DNA from: an uncultured Gemmatimonadales bacterium
GTDB lineage: Bacteria; Gemmatimonadota; Gemmatimonadetes; Gemmatimonadales; GWC2-71-9
Assembly (NCBI GenBank): GCA_963771275.1
Contig: CAVYSW010000003.1
Span: 352,001-416,000 of the forward strand
Length of the DNA stretch: 64,000 bases
Reading direction: 5' to 3'
Shown here: in pieces, positions 1 to 8,533 of the stretch
Layout of the letters: each line of letters starts with the position of its first letter
Numbering within the stretch: position 1 is the stretch's first letter
The notes under the pieces: generated by a model
Told to the model about the DNA's origin: nothing
Database searches by the model: none
What the model saw: the letters and a program-made list of their open reading frames with translations, nothing else
Made by a program: the position numbers and the translations under genes

Positions 1-74
1 CGGCCCAGGACCCGCTCGTAGTCCTCCCGCCCCACGGCGGCCTGCTTCCAGTGCCAAAACACGTACGCGAGCAT
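1..74 (-). CDS. hypothetical protein, 5' part only (runs off window)
   Basis: Manual translation from ATG at 74: MLAYVFWHWKQAAVGREDYERVLG..., open to the window edge; divergent from the 189 ORF. Confidence 0.55.
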   Translation of the reverse strand, partial: MLAYVFWHWKQAAVGREDYERVLG

Positions 75-188
75 CCGTGGCACCCCCATCCCACCGTCGC
101 CGGATCCCGCCGGCGCCGCACCCGCCTCGGTACCCCGTGGCGGGCGGCCGGCCGGCCCGAAGGCTAAGTTAGTCGTGAGGAGGAACCC

Positions 189-374
189 ATGAAGCCCGCC
201 GCTCTGGTTGCCTGCGTGTTTCTGTCGCTCGTCGCCCTCGCGCACCTGCTGCGCATCGTGCTCGGCCTGGCGGTCACCGCCGGCACGGTCTCCATCCCCA
301 TGTGGATGAGCGCCGTCGCCACGGTGTTCACGGCCGGCCTGGCCGTGTGGCTCTGGCGCGAGCAGCACGCCTGA
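189..374 (+). CDS. small membrane protein (2 TM)
   Basis: 61 aa with two hydrophobic helices; GAGGAGGA RBS upstream. Confidence 0.75.
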   Translation: MKPAALVACVFLSLVALAHLLRIVLGLAVTAGTVSIPMWMSAVATVFTAGLAVWLWREQHA

Positions 375-387
375 TCCCGGAGGGGGC

Positions 388-1104
388 ATGCCGCACAAGC
401 GCCTGCTGCTGCTCAGCAATTCGAAGAACTTCGGCTCCGGCTACCTCACGCATGCGGAAGGCACGATCGCGGACTTCCTCGGCGCCGGCGTCGCGGAGAT
501 CCTGTTCGTCCCGTTCGCCGCGGTGCGGGTGAGCTTCGACGACTTCACGGCCATGGTGCGCGAGCGGTTCGCGGCCATGGGCTACGGCCTCCAGTCGGTG
601 CACGCCGTGGCCGATCCCCAGGGTGCCGTCCGGACCGCCCAGGCGATCGTGGTGGGCGGCGGGAACACGTTTTCCCTGCTCAAGCGGCTCGCCGACCTAC
701 ACCTGCTCGAGGCGATTCGGGCGGCGGCCCTCGCGGGCACCCCGTACCTGGGCTGGAGCGCGGGCGCGAACGTGGCCGGCCCGACGATCCGGACGACCAA
801 CGACATGCCGATCGTGGAGCCGCCCGGCTTGACCGCCCTGGGACTCGTGCCGTTCCAGATCAACCCGCATTACACGGACGCGGTGATCCCCCAGCACGGG
901 GGCGAGACCCGGGCCGACCGGCTGCTCGAGTTCGTCGAGGCCAATCCCGGCGTGCCGGTCGTCGCGCTCCGCGAGGGAAGCCTGCTGCGCGTGGAGGGGA
1001 GCCGGATCACGCTGGTGGGCGAGCAACCGGCGCGCGTGTTCCTCCGGGGCCGGGAGCCCTACGAAGTGGAGCCCGGGGCCGGGCTGCAGGGCCTGATGGC
1101 GTGA
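388..1104 (+). CDS. pepE: dipeptidase E (peptidase S51)
   Basis: LLLLSNS start, VGGGNTF, GWSAG nucleophile, INPHY, GETR, LREGS. Confidence 0.95.
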   Translation: MPHKRLLLLSNSKNFGSGYLTHAEGTIADFLGAGVAEILFVPFAAVRVSFDDFTAMVRERFAAMGYGLQSVHAVADPQGAVRTAQAIVVGGGNTFSLLKRLADLHLLEAIRAAALAGTPYLGWSAGANVAGPTIRTTNDMPIVEPPGLTALGLVPFQINPHYTDAVIPQHGGETRADRLLEFVEANPGVPVVALREGSLLRVEGSRITLVGEQPARVFLRGREPYEVEPGAGLQGLMA

Positions 1105-1105
1105 G

Positions 1106-1666
1106 ATGCGCCGCGCCCTGACGCTGTGCGTCGTGCTCGCCGCCTGTTCCCGCGCGGCGCAGTCGCCGGCGGTAAGGCCGCTGACCGAGCGGGACCTCGC
1201 CAACGCGACGCTCCGTACGGAGTACGCCGAGTCCGCGGCGACGGTCACGCTGAGCAACGGCCGGTACGAGGCGCCCGACAGCAGCCTCCAGGTCATTCTG
1301 CTCCGGCCCGTCGTGTTCGGCGATCTCACCGGCGATACGATTCCGGAGGCCGCGGCGGTGCTGCTGAGCGAGCCCGGCGGATCCGGCTCGTTCTATGATC
1401 TGGTCGTCGTGGCCGCCACGCCCGATGGCCCCCGGCAGCTCGCGGCCACGTTCCTCGGCGATCGCGTGGACATCGAAAGCCTGATGATCGTGGACCGGCA
1501 GATCCTGATGCAGCTGGTGACGCAGGGCCCCGCCGACCCGATGTGCTGTCCGAGCCGGCGGGAGGCGCGTACGTACGCACTGGTGGGCGAGAGCCTCGCC
1601 CTCGTCGGCGCGCCCGTCCTGATCAATGACTCGGTACCGGCGGACACGGGTGGGACGCGCCCGTAG
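1106..1666 (+). CDS. lipoprotein of unknown function
   Basis: Lipobox LAAC; GGSGSF and DPMCCPS motifs; starts 1 nt after the pepE stop. Confidence 0.75.
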   Translation: MRRALTLCVVLAACSRAAQSPAVRPLTERDLANATLRTEYAESAATVTLSNGRYEAPDSSLQVILLRPVVFGDLTGDTIPEAAAVLLSEPGGSGSFYDLVVVAATPDGPRQLAATFLGDRVDIESLMIVDRQILMQLVTQGPADPMCCPSRREARTYALVGESLALVGAPVLINDSVPADTGGTRP

Positions 1667-1702
1667 CCACTCGACCCACAAGCGTCCGAGCGGGATTCCG
1701 AT

Positions 1703-1813
1703 ATGGGCAAGGGTGATCGCAAGTCGTTCCGCGGCAAGCTCCATCGCGGGACCTACGGCAAGCGCCGACCGCGCAAGCGCAAGAAGGCGAAGACGACGTC
1801 GAAAGCCGGCTGA
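1703..1813 (+). CDS. thx: 30S ribosomal protein bTHX (Thx)
   Basis: Below the ORF-track cutoff; manual translation MGKGDRKSFRGKLHRGTYGKRRPRKRKKAKTTSKAG fits the Thx pattern MGKGDxxxxRGKxxRGTYGKxRPR. Confidence 0.92.
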   Translation: MGKGDRKSFRGKLHRGTYGKRRPRKRKKAKTTSKAG

Positions 1814-1828
1814 GCGTCCGATTCGACG

Positions 1829-2803
1829 TCAGATCTCCCAGTTGGAAAACAGGATCTCGTCCTCGGGCACGCGGGCCTCGGGGAACCCGGTGAGCGTCAT
1901 CCGGAGGTCGGTCCAGCGCACGTGATAGCCCCGGCGCACGAGGACGGTGTACGCCGGCGCAAACACGGTCTGGCAGCGCACCGCGACGCGGTCCAGGCGG
2001 AGCCGCGCGGCACAGGCCTCCACCGCCCGCAGCACCTCCAGGAAGACGGCGGAGCTGGCGGCGAACAGCTTGAGCACGCGGAGCTCGTCGCCGCCCCGCG
2101 CCTCCGCCAGCGGCGCCGAGTGCCACAGGGCGAACCCCTGCACCGCGCCGCCTCGCTCCACCACCACCGTGTCGCCGATCCCGAGCTCGAGCGTGAGCTC
2201 GTGCTCGCGCGTGAAGTCATAGCCGGGCGCCGAGCGCGCGAGGCGCTCCTGGCAGCGGACCAGCAGGTCGGCCCGCTCGGACTCCGGCAGCGCGCTCAGC
2301 TGCAATGCCCCGCGGCGCGGCGGACGGTCGGGCACGTCCCCGGTGAGCGTGATCGTCAGGCATCCCGGCAGGAAGCCCAGGCGGCTGTAGAACCCGATGT
2401 TGTCCACCGTGCGGGGCATGGTCTCGAGCCCGAGGGTGGCGACGCCGCGCTGCTTGAGCGTGTCGATCGCCGCCCGCACCACGACCTGCCCGAGACCGAG
2501 TCCCTGGCGGTCCGGGCGGACCGCCAGCGGTCCCATCCAGCCCTCGTTCCCGGAGTGGTGCGCAACATTGAAGGCCACCACCCGGCCGCTCTCGTCGCGC
2601 CAGATCATCGCACCGTCCGCGGCGTCCCGCAGCGCGTAGGTCCAGATGATCGGGTTCAACGGCGGCACACGCACGCCGACGAGACCGTCGCGCCGATAGC
2701 GCTCGGTGAACGCTTCCGAGAACAACCGGTTCAGGTCGGGGATGTCCTGCTCGGTCACGGCGACCGGCCCGACCAGCCGCCGATCCGGCTGCCACTCCTT
2801 CAT
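1829..2803 (-). CDS. GNAT family N-acetyltransferase (likely tandem GNAT fold)
   Basis: LAVRPDRQGLGLG acetyl-CoA motif and NIGFYSRLGF; GGAGG RBS before ATG 2803. Confidence 0.85.
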   Translation of the reverse strand: MKEWQPDRRLVGPVAVTEQDIPDLNRLFSEAFTERYRRDGLVGVRVPPLNPIIWTYALRDAADGAMIWRDESGRVVAFNVAHHSGNEGWMGPLAVRPDRQGLGLGQVVVRAAIDTLKQRGVATLGLETMPRTVDNIGFYSRLGFLPGCLTITLTGDVPDRPPRRGALQLSALPESERADLLVRCQERLARSAPGYDFTREHELTLELGIGDTVVVERGGAVQGFALWHSAPLAEARGGDELRVLKLFAASSAVFLEVLRAVEACAARLRLDRVAVRCQTVFAPAYTVLVRRGYHVRWTDLRMTLTGFPEARVPEDEILFSNWEI

Positions 2804-2871
2804 CCGATCCTCCCGGGGCCCCGCCCTCGATCCTTGCGCAAGGTGCGCTTTTGGTGCCATCGTGCATTTGC

Positions 2872-3969
2872 ATGCGCACTGTCTGCGGCGCGGCCGCCCC
2901 CACCCTGCTCGCCCTGGCGCTGCTCACGGGCTGCGGCGAGCCAAACGATACCGTGTTCGTCCGCCCCGCCGCCGCTCCGGAGGAGATCGCCCCCGGCCTG
3001 TTCCGCGTCACCTGGAACCCGGCGCCCGACGTGGTGCGCGGGTTCACCCCCGACGGCGCCCGCATCCTCTACCAGAGTCGCGATCTCCCCGGCGTCGGCG
3101 CGGGCTGGTACGTGCTGAGCGTCGGGATCGCCGACGGCGCCGTGCGCGAGGAGGCGTCGGTCTACCGGCGCGCGCTCGGCGATCCACTCGGCCAGCTCAC
3201 CATCACCCCGACGCACCGGCTGCTGGTAACCTGGCGCGCGGTGCCGGAAGGGGCGGCCAACTGCCCGACCTGTCCGCCTCCACCCACGGCGGTCGACGTG
3301 GCGATTCGCCGCCTGCCGCTGCAGGACGGCGTCGCCGTCTCGGGACTCCCCTTCCGCGTGATCGTCCTCACCAACCACGCCTCCGCCGGATGCCGCCACC
3401 GCATCCGACGCGACCCCGTCGAGCAGCTCGTCGCAGCACGGCGTGTGAACCCGTATGGCCCGGCCGAGCTGGCCGACGAGTCGGCCGGATTCTACTCCGA
3501 CGGCGACGCCGTCTGGCGATACGACCCCACCGATCCCGCCGAGCCTCCGGATTCCCTGGGCCTCGGCGCGTTTCCGGCGCTGTCGCCCGATGGGTCGTTG
3601 CTCGCCGCAGCGGTCCCCACCGGCGTGGACAGCACCTCCGGTTTCTGCAACTTCGGTCTCTGTCCCTGCGTGCAGGAGACCGTGACGTTCACCGCCACCG
3701 GCTGGCAGACCCTGCTGTACGATCTCGCCGCCGGCACCGTCCGGCCCCTCGCCGCCGGAAGCGAGCCCGCGTTCGATCCGCTCGCGCCCCGCGTGGCGGT
3801 GCGGCGCGACGACGCGCTCTACTGGCTCGAGCTCGCCACCGGAACCGCCACCAAGATCCCGGGCACGGAGGGCGGCTATGCCCCCGCGGTGGCGCCGGAC
3901 GGCGCGCGGCTCGCGTTCAGCGCCGGGACGTACGGCAACCCGGACGTGTTCTTCGTGCGGCTGCGATAA
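2872..3969 (+). CDS. TolB-like beta-propeller lipoprotein
   Basis: Lipobox LTGC; PD40-like repeats FTPDGARI, PALSPDGS, PAVAPDGARLAF. Confidence 0.75.
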   Translation: MRTVCGAAAPTLLALALLTGCGEPNDTVFVRPAAAPEEIAPGLFRVTWNPAPDVVRGFTPDGARILYQSRDLPGVGAGWYVLSVGIADGAVREEASVYRRALGDPLGQLTITPTHRLLVTWRAVPEGAANCPTCPPPPTAVDVAIRRLPLQDGVAVSGLPFRVIVLTNHASAGCRHRIRRDPVEQLVAARRVNPYGPAELADESAGFYSDGDAVWRYDPTDPAEPPDSLGLGAFPALSPDGSLLAAAVPTGVDSTSGFCNFGLCPCVQETVTFTATGWQTLLYDLAAGTVRPLAAGSEPAFDPLAPRVAVRRDDALYWLELATGTATKIPGTEGGYAPAVAPDGARLAFSAGTYGNPDVFFVRLR

Positions 3970-3973
3970 CAGC

Positions 3974-4049
3974 CGTTCAGCGTGCAGCGTGCAGCGCAAC
4001 TCCATCGGCTTGTCGGCCATCGGCTAACGGCCAACCGCCAACGGCCAAC
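3974..4049. repeat. degenerate heptamer tandem repeats between convergent genes
   Basis: CGTTCAG-CGTGCAG-CGTGCAG, then CATCGGC/TAACGGC/CAACCGC/CAACGGC units. Confidence 0.55.
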
Positions 4050-4053
4050 ACTC

Positions 4054-6477
4054 TCAGGCCGCCGCGTCCTCATCCGCCCCAGGATCCTCACGCACCACCG
4101 CGGCGCCCGTCGCGGGGTCCACCGACACCCGCAGCACCCGGTCCACGGTATCGCGCACGGACTCGATGTGCGTAATGAGTATCACCTGGGGGAACCGGTC
4201 GGCCAGCCGCCGCAGCAATGCCACCACGTGCTGGCGCCGGAGCTCGTCCAGGCTGCCGAAGATCTCGTCCAGCACGAGCAGCGAGAGCGGGAGCCCCGCC
4301 CGTTCCGCCACCATTTGGCTGATCGCGAGCCGCAGGACCAGGTTCGCGATGTCCTCCTCCCCGCCGGAGATCACCGGCTTCGGCTCGCCCTCCTCGAGCA
4401 CCAGAATGTGGTAGTGCTCATCCAGCTCCAGCTCGTGGTAGCGACCGTCGGTGAGGTCCGCGAGGAACGCTGACGCCACCTCCGACAACTCGGGGCGCAG
4501 CTGGGCGTTCAGGTCCGTGCGCAGGTCGCCGAACGCCGCGTCCAGCTCGTCGTGCACCCGCAGCTCGCAGCGCGACCGGTCGGCCCGGGCCACCCGCTCC
4601 GCCCGCTCGGCGAGCTGGCGCTCCGCGGCCGCCACCGCCGTGACCGCGCCGCGCAGCTCCCCGCGGCGCGTCACCACCGTGAGCTCCGCTTCGCGCAGCA
4701 CGGCTTCGGCGGCCTCGTACTCTTCCCGCGCCGTCCGGTAGCGCTCCTCGCTGAACCCGAGCTGTCCGATCCGCTCCACCAGGTCCGCCAGCCGCGCTTC
4801 CCGCGCCGACAGGGCGTGTTCCGCCGCTTCCGCGTCGCGCACCAGCCGCTCCGCCCGCTCCGCCTTGACGCGAAGCCCGGCCGCCCGCGCGACGGCGGGC
4901 TCCAGCTGCTTGATCCGCTCGCGCAACTCGTCGTGTCGCGCGGCGTCGTACGTGTCGGGCAGCGCGGCCACCTGCCGTTCCAGCTCCGCGATCCCCGCCT
5001 CCACCCTCGCCAGATCCGCCCGCAGGTCCGTCGCCTCGCGCTCGCGCGCCCGCGCCTGCGCGACGGCCTCCGTCGCCACGTCGACAGCCGCCCGTGCCTC
5101 CGCCACGCGCTGGCGCGCCCGCTGCACCTCGGCGGGCTCGTCGGCCAGCTGCTCGACCCGCTGCTTGAAGAACCGGCCGTTCAGCTCGATCTCTTCCAGC
5201 TGCCGGCTCAGCGCCGCCAGCACCGCTTCGTACTCGTCGCCCAGCCGGCGCGCACAGGTCGGACAGGCGCCGTCCGGCCCGGCCGCGACGATGCGCTCGC
5301 GATGCTCCAGCAGGTCGCGGTACTGGTCGCGCAGCGTGAGGCGCTTGGTCTCCGCGTCCTGCCGGTTGCGCACCCACTCCGTCCGCGCCCGCTCCTCGTC
5401 CTGCTCCGGCTCCCCGAGGGCCGCGCGGGCGCGCTCCGCGGCGTCCTGCGCCGCCCGTACGCCGGCCGCGACGTCGTTCAGGGCGGCGAGCCGCTCCGCG
5501 TCCTGGGCGCGCTGCTCGCGGCGCGCCGCGAGCTGGCCGCTGAGCTGCCGGCGCTGCCCGGCCGCCCGGGCCTGCGCGTCCAGCTGAGCGAGCTCCGCCC
5601 GCAACGGCTCCAGGTGCGCCAGCGTCGGATCCAGCTCGCGCAGCGCGCTCTGCGCCACGAGCGCTTCCGCCAGCTCGCGATCGAGCCGCTCGCACTCCCG
5701 GCGGCCCTCCTCCACCTCCTTCTCGGCGACGCGCCGGTCGCCGTCGAGCGCCAGCACGACCTCGCGCAGCCGCACGACGCCGGTCCAGGCCGGTCCCGCC
5801 GCGTCGCGCCGCCGCGCGGCCGCGGCCGCCGCGCTCTCCGCGGTGCCCAGCGCCACTTCCGCCTCGTGCACCCGGGCCGCCGCGTCTGTCCGCTCGCGCT
5901 CGAGCGCCGCCGAATCACCCAGCCCCGCCTCCAGCCCGGCCAGCTCGCCCCGCAGCGCCGACCGGCGCTCGCGCAGCCGGTCCTGCGCCACCCGCAGCCG
6001 CTCGTAGCCGAGGATGCGCGACAGGAACTTGCCGCGGTCCGTCGGCCCGAGGGCGGCCATCACCGCCAACTCCTTCTGCCCGGTGAAATAGGTGTTGAAG
6101 AACTCCTCGCGGGTCATGCCGAGCAGCCGCTGCAGCCGCGCCGTCACCTCCTGCGCGCTGTTCGCGACCGGCGCGTCGCCGCGATCGAGGAACAGCTCCG
6201 CCCCGTACAGCGAGCGCGTCACGCGGTACTCGTGGATGCCGAGCGCGAACTCCAGCTCGACCCGCACGGGCGCGCGCGCCGGCGCCCGGTTGAAGCGGAT
6301 CGAGTCCCGCCCGCCCCGCGCGGCCGGCGTGCCGTAGATCGCCCAGGTCATCGCCTCGAGCAGCGTCGTCTTCCCCGCGCCGTTCGGGCCGATCACCCCG
6401 GTGATCCCGCTGCCGAACTCAATGTCCGTCGCGATGTGCTGGCGGAAGTTCGTGAGCCGGAGCCGCTGGAGTCTCAC
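4054..6477 (-). CDS. sbcC: Rad50/SbcC SMC-family ATPase
   Basis: GTG start overlapping the mre11 stop; LTNFRQH, Walker A GPNGAGKT, long coiled coil with central CPTC zinc hook, SGGE signature, LLVLDEIFGSLD Walker B/D-loop, ITH. Confidence 0.93.
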   Translation of the reverse strand: MRLQRLRLTNFRQHIATDIEFGSGITGVIGPNGAGKTTLLEAMTWAIYGTPAARGGRDSIRFNRAPARAPVRVELEFALGIHEYRVTRSLYGAELFLDRGDAPVANSAQEVTARLQRLLGMTREEFFNTYFTGQKELAVMAALGPTDRGKFLSRILGYERLRVAQDRLRERRSALRGELAGLEAGLGDSAALERERTDAAARVHEAEVALGTAESAAAAAARRRDAAGPAWTGVVRLREVVLALDGDRRVAEKEVEEGRRECERLDRELAEALVAQSALRELDPTLAHLEPLRAELAQLDAQARAAGQRRQLSGQLAARREQRAQDAERLAALNDVAAGVRAAQDAAERARAALGEPEQDEERARTEWVRNRQDAETKRLTLRDQYRDLLEHRERIVAAGPDGACPTCARRLGDEYEAVLAALSRQLEEIELNGRFFKQRVEQLADEPAEVQRARQRVAEARAAVDVATEAVAQARAREREATDLRADLARVEAGIAELERQVAALPDTYDAARHDELRERIKQLEPAVARAAGLRVKAERAERLVRDAEAAEHALSAREARLADLVERIGQLGFSEERYRTAREEYEAAEAVLREAELTVVTRRGELRGAVTAVAAAERQLAERAERVARADRSRCELRVHDELDAAFGDLRTDLNAQLRPELSEVASAFLADLTDGRYHELELDEHYHILVLEEGEPKPVISGGEEDIANLVLRLAISQMVAERAGLPLSLLVLDEIFGSLDELRRQHVVALLRRLADRFPQVILITHIESVRDTVDRVLRVSVDPATGAAVVREDPGADEDAAA

Positions 6478-7661
6478 GCGGCCTCCGGCGCCTCGGCCTC
6501 GGCCAGCAGCTCCCGGCCCAGCCCCACGAGCCGCTCCCGCGGGACCTCGGGAGGCAGCGGGCGGGCGCGGAGATACGCGTCCAGCACCTCGGGCAGGGTC
6601 TGCCGCCGGGCGGCCCCGCCGACCCCGACCTCGCGCCGCGAGGCCGGCCGCCGCAGGTCGAGCCGGTAGTGCAGCGCGCGCGTCTTGGAGTCGCGGATCG
6701 CGGCATGATCGAGGTCCCGCGCCGTGAGCCGCGCGACGTCGTACACGACCTGGCGCACGATCTGGCCGTCGATCCCGCCATCCACCCCGGCGATCCGGTC
6801 GCCGATCGCGCGGTCGAGCTCCGCCGCCGCCAGCCCGGCGCCGTGGATCGGCTCGAGGTCGATGACCCGCCGCGCCAGCGGAATCGGCCGGAACGTCACC
6901 TTGAGCCGCTTGCCCAGCTCGACCAGCAGCCACCCCTTGCCGCCGGGCGCGTCGGCCACGCCCTGCTCCGCCGATTCCCCCCATGGGTTGGTGGTGACGT
7001 ACTCCGAGCCGCCGGCGTAATACACGTTGGCCTCCACCCGCGTCGCGACGTGGTAGTGCCCCAGGGCGACGTAGTCGAACTCCGCGGCGTGGAGGTCGGC
7101 GCGCCGGATCGGCTCGGCGCCGTAGCCCAGAGCCGCCTGGGCCTCGTACGGCAGCACGCCCTCGACCTCGCGATGCGTTACCAGCACGTTCCGGCCCATC
7201 GTCGGGTCGCGCGCGACCACCGGCCGGGGCACGTGGCTCCAGGCCGTGTGCGGCACGCACAGCACCGCGAGCCCAAGCCGCTCGAACACCAGGCGCCGCG
7301 ACTCGTGCGCGGCCACGTGCACGCCCTCCACGGCCTCGAACAGCTTGAGGATGGTGCCCGTCTCCACCGAGCGCGGCGTGTCGTGGTTGCCGGCCACCAC
7401 GATCAGGGGCGCGTCGGGGAGCAAAGTGCGGAACCGGCGGAACTGCTGGAAGGAATCGAGAATCGCGGCGTTGGTCGGCCGCACCGAGTGGAACAGGTCC
7501 CCCGCGATCACCACCACGTCGGGCCGCGCGCCCGCCACGTCGTCGAGCACGCGGCGGAACGCCTGCGCGACGTCCGCCTCGCGCTGATTGATCCCCTGTG
7601 GCGTCAGGCGCGTGTGCTGGCGGAACCCGAGATGGAGATCCGCGAGGTGCGCGAGCCTCAT
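6474..7661 (-). CDS. sbcD: Mre11/SbcD nuclease
   Basis: Phosphoesterase motifs ADLHLG, AGDLF, GNHD, THR, ALGHYH, YAGG. Confidence 0.93.
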   Translation of the reverse strand: MRLAHLADLHLGFRQHTRLTPQGINQREADVAQAFRRVLDDVAGARPDVVVIAGDLFHSVRPTNAAILDSFQQFRRFRTLLPDAPLIVVAGNHDTPRSVETGTILKLFEAVEGVHVAAHESRRLVFERLGLAVLCVPHTAWSHVPRPVVARDPTMGRNVLVTHREVEGVLPYEAQAALGYGAEPIRRADLHAAEFDYVALGHYHVATRVEANVYYAGGSEYVTTNPWGESAEQGVADAPGGKGWLLVELGKRLKVTFRPIPLARRVIDLEPIHGAGLAAAELDRAIGDRIAGVDGGIDGQIVRQVVYDVARLTARDLDHAAIRDSKTRALHYRLDLRRPASRREVGVGGAARRQTLPEVLDAYLRARPLPPEVPRERLVGLGRELLAEAEAPEAA

Positions 7662-7663
7662 GC

Positions 7664-8533
7664 TCAGGGCCGCAGCTCGTGTCGCACGGTCGTCTCCCAG
7701 CTCGCGCGCGCGTCCACCGCCCCACCGGGGCGCTGCACGCGGAACGTGCCTTCGACATGCAGGCGCGCCGCCGCGGTCGCGATCGCGTTCCACGCCGCCG
7801 ACCACACCAGCCGGCCCGCGAAGCTCCCGGCGAGCGCGATCTGCGTACTGCCGCTCTCGCTCTCCTGCGCGATGGCGCGCGGGTCGAAGCTCCCGGCGAA
7901 TGACAGATACGCGATCGTGTCGTCCTCGGTGCGCTGCAGGCTGTCGAGCGTGAGGGTGAGATCGGCATACGCCCGCTGGTCGACCGCGAGCCCCGTCTCC
8001 GCGGGGATGCGCACGCGCGTCACGATGCTCGTCCCGGTGGCGAAGCTGCTCCCCACCGCCACCGGCGCGTCGGGGAACGCGAACCCCGGCCCCGCTATCA
8101 TGCCGTACAGCGTTCGCAGCACCGCTTCGGCGGGGCCCCCGCCGCTCACCGTCGCCGCGGCGAACCTGGGGGACACCACGAGCCCCACCGGCTGCCGCGC
8201 GAACGCCGAGTCCACCACCGCCTTCCACGGCCCTCCCGACGCGCGGCGCCGAGTCCAGACCGAGTCGAGCGCGACGTCCACGCGGAACCCGCGGTCCCCG
8301 CCACCCAGCACGGTCTGCAGCGCGCCAAACCGCGTTTCCTCCTCGAGCACGGTCCCGTCCGGCACCGCCGGAAAGCCGGTGAGCACCGTCGCGGTCTGGA
8401 TCTCGGTGAGCGTGCGCACCGACGCTCCCACCGCGGGGGCGTAGCGGAACTGGTAGGTCTGCTGCGCCGCGACGGGCGCGGCGACCCCGACCACCAACAC
8501 CGTGAGCGCGAGCGGGCTCCCGCTATGGCGCAT
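7664..8533 (-). CDS. secreted hypothetical protein
   Basis: Signal peptide ...VAAPVAA|QQ; beta-rich body; tightly packed between herA and mre11. Confidence 0.75.
   Translation of the reverse strand: MRHSGSPLALTVLVVGVAAPVAAQQTYQFRYAPAVGASVRTLTEIQTATVLTGFPAVPDGTVLEEETRFGALQTVLGGGDRGFRVDVALDSVWTRRRASGGPWKAVVDSAFARQPVGLVVSPRFAAATVSGGGPAEAVLRTLYGMIAGPGFAFPDAPVAVGSSFATGTSIVTRVRIPAETGLAVDQRAYADLTLTLDSLQRTEDDTIAYLSFAGSFDPRAIAQESESGSTQIALAGSFAGRLVWSAAWNAIATAAARLHVEGTFRVQRPGGAVDARASWETTVRHELRP

Noticed and set aside
1681..1821. 9-bp direct repeat AGCGTCCGA flanking thx, suggesting an insertion
   Set aside because: Short enough to be chance, and there are no mobility genes or terminal inverted repeats.
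2832..2860. CCTTGCGCAAGG palindrome and a weak sigma54-like TGGCAC-N7-GC on the minus strand
   Set aside because: The -12 element is a poor match and a single 12-bp palindrome is not enough evidence.
6478..7968. 1304-aa ORF suggesting a long N-terminal extension or Mre11-Rad50 fusion
   Set aside because: The extension is Arg/Gly/Ala-rich off-frame translation over mre11. The real Rad50 starts at GTG 6477, and the two genes are in different frames.
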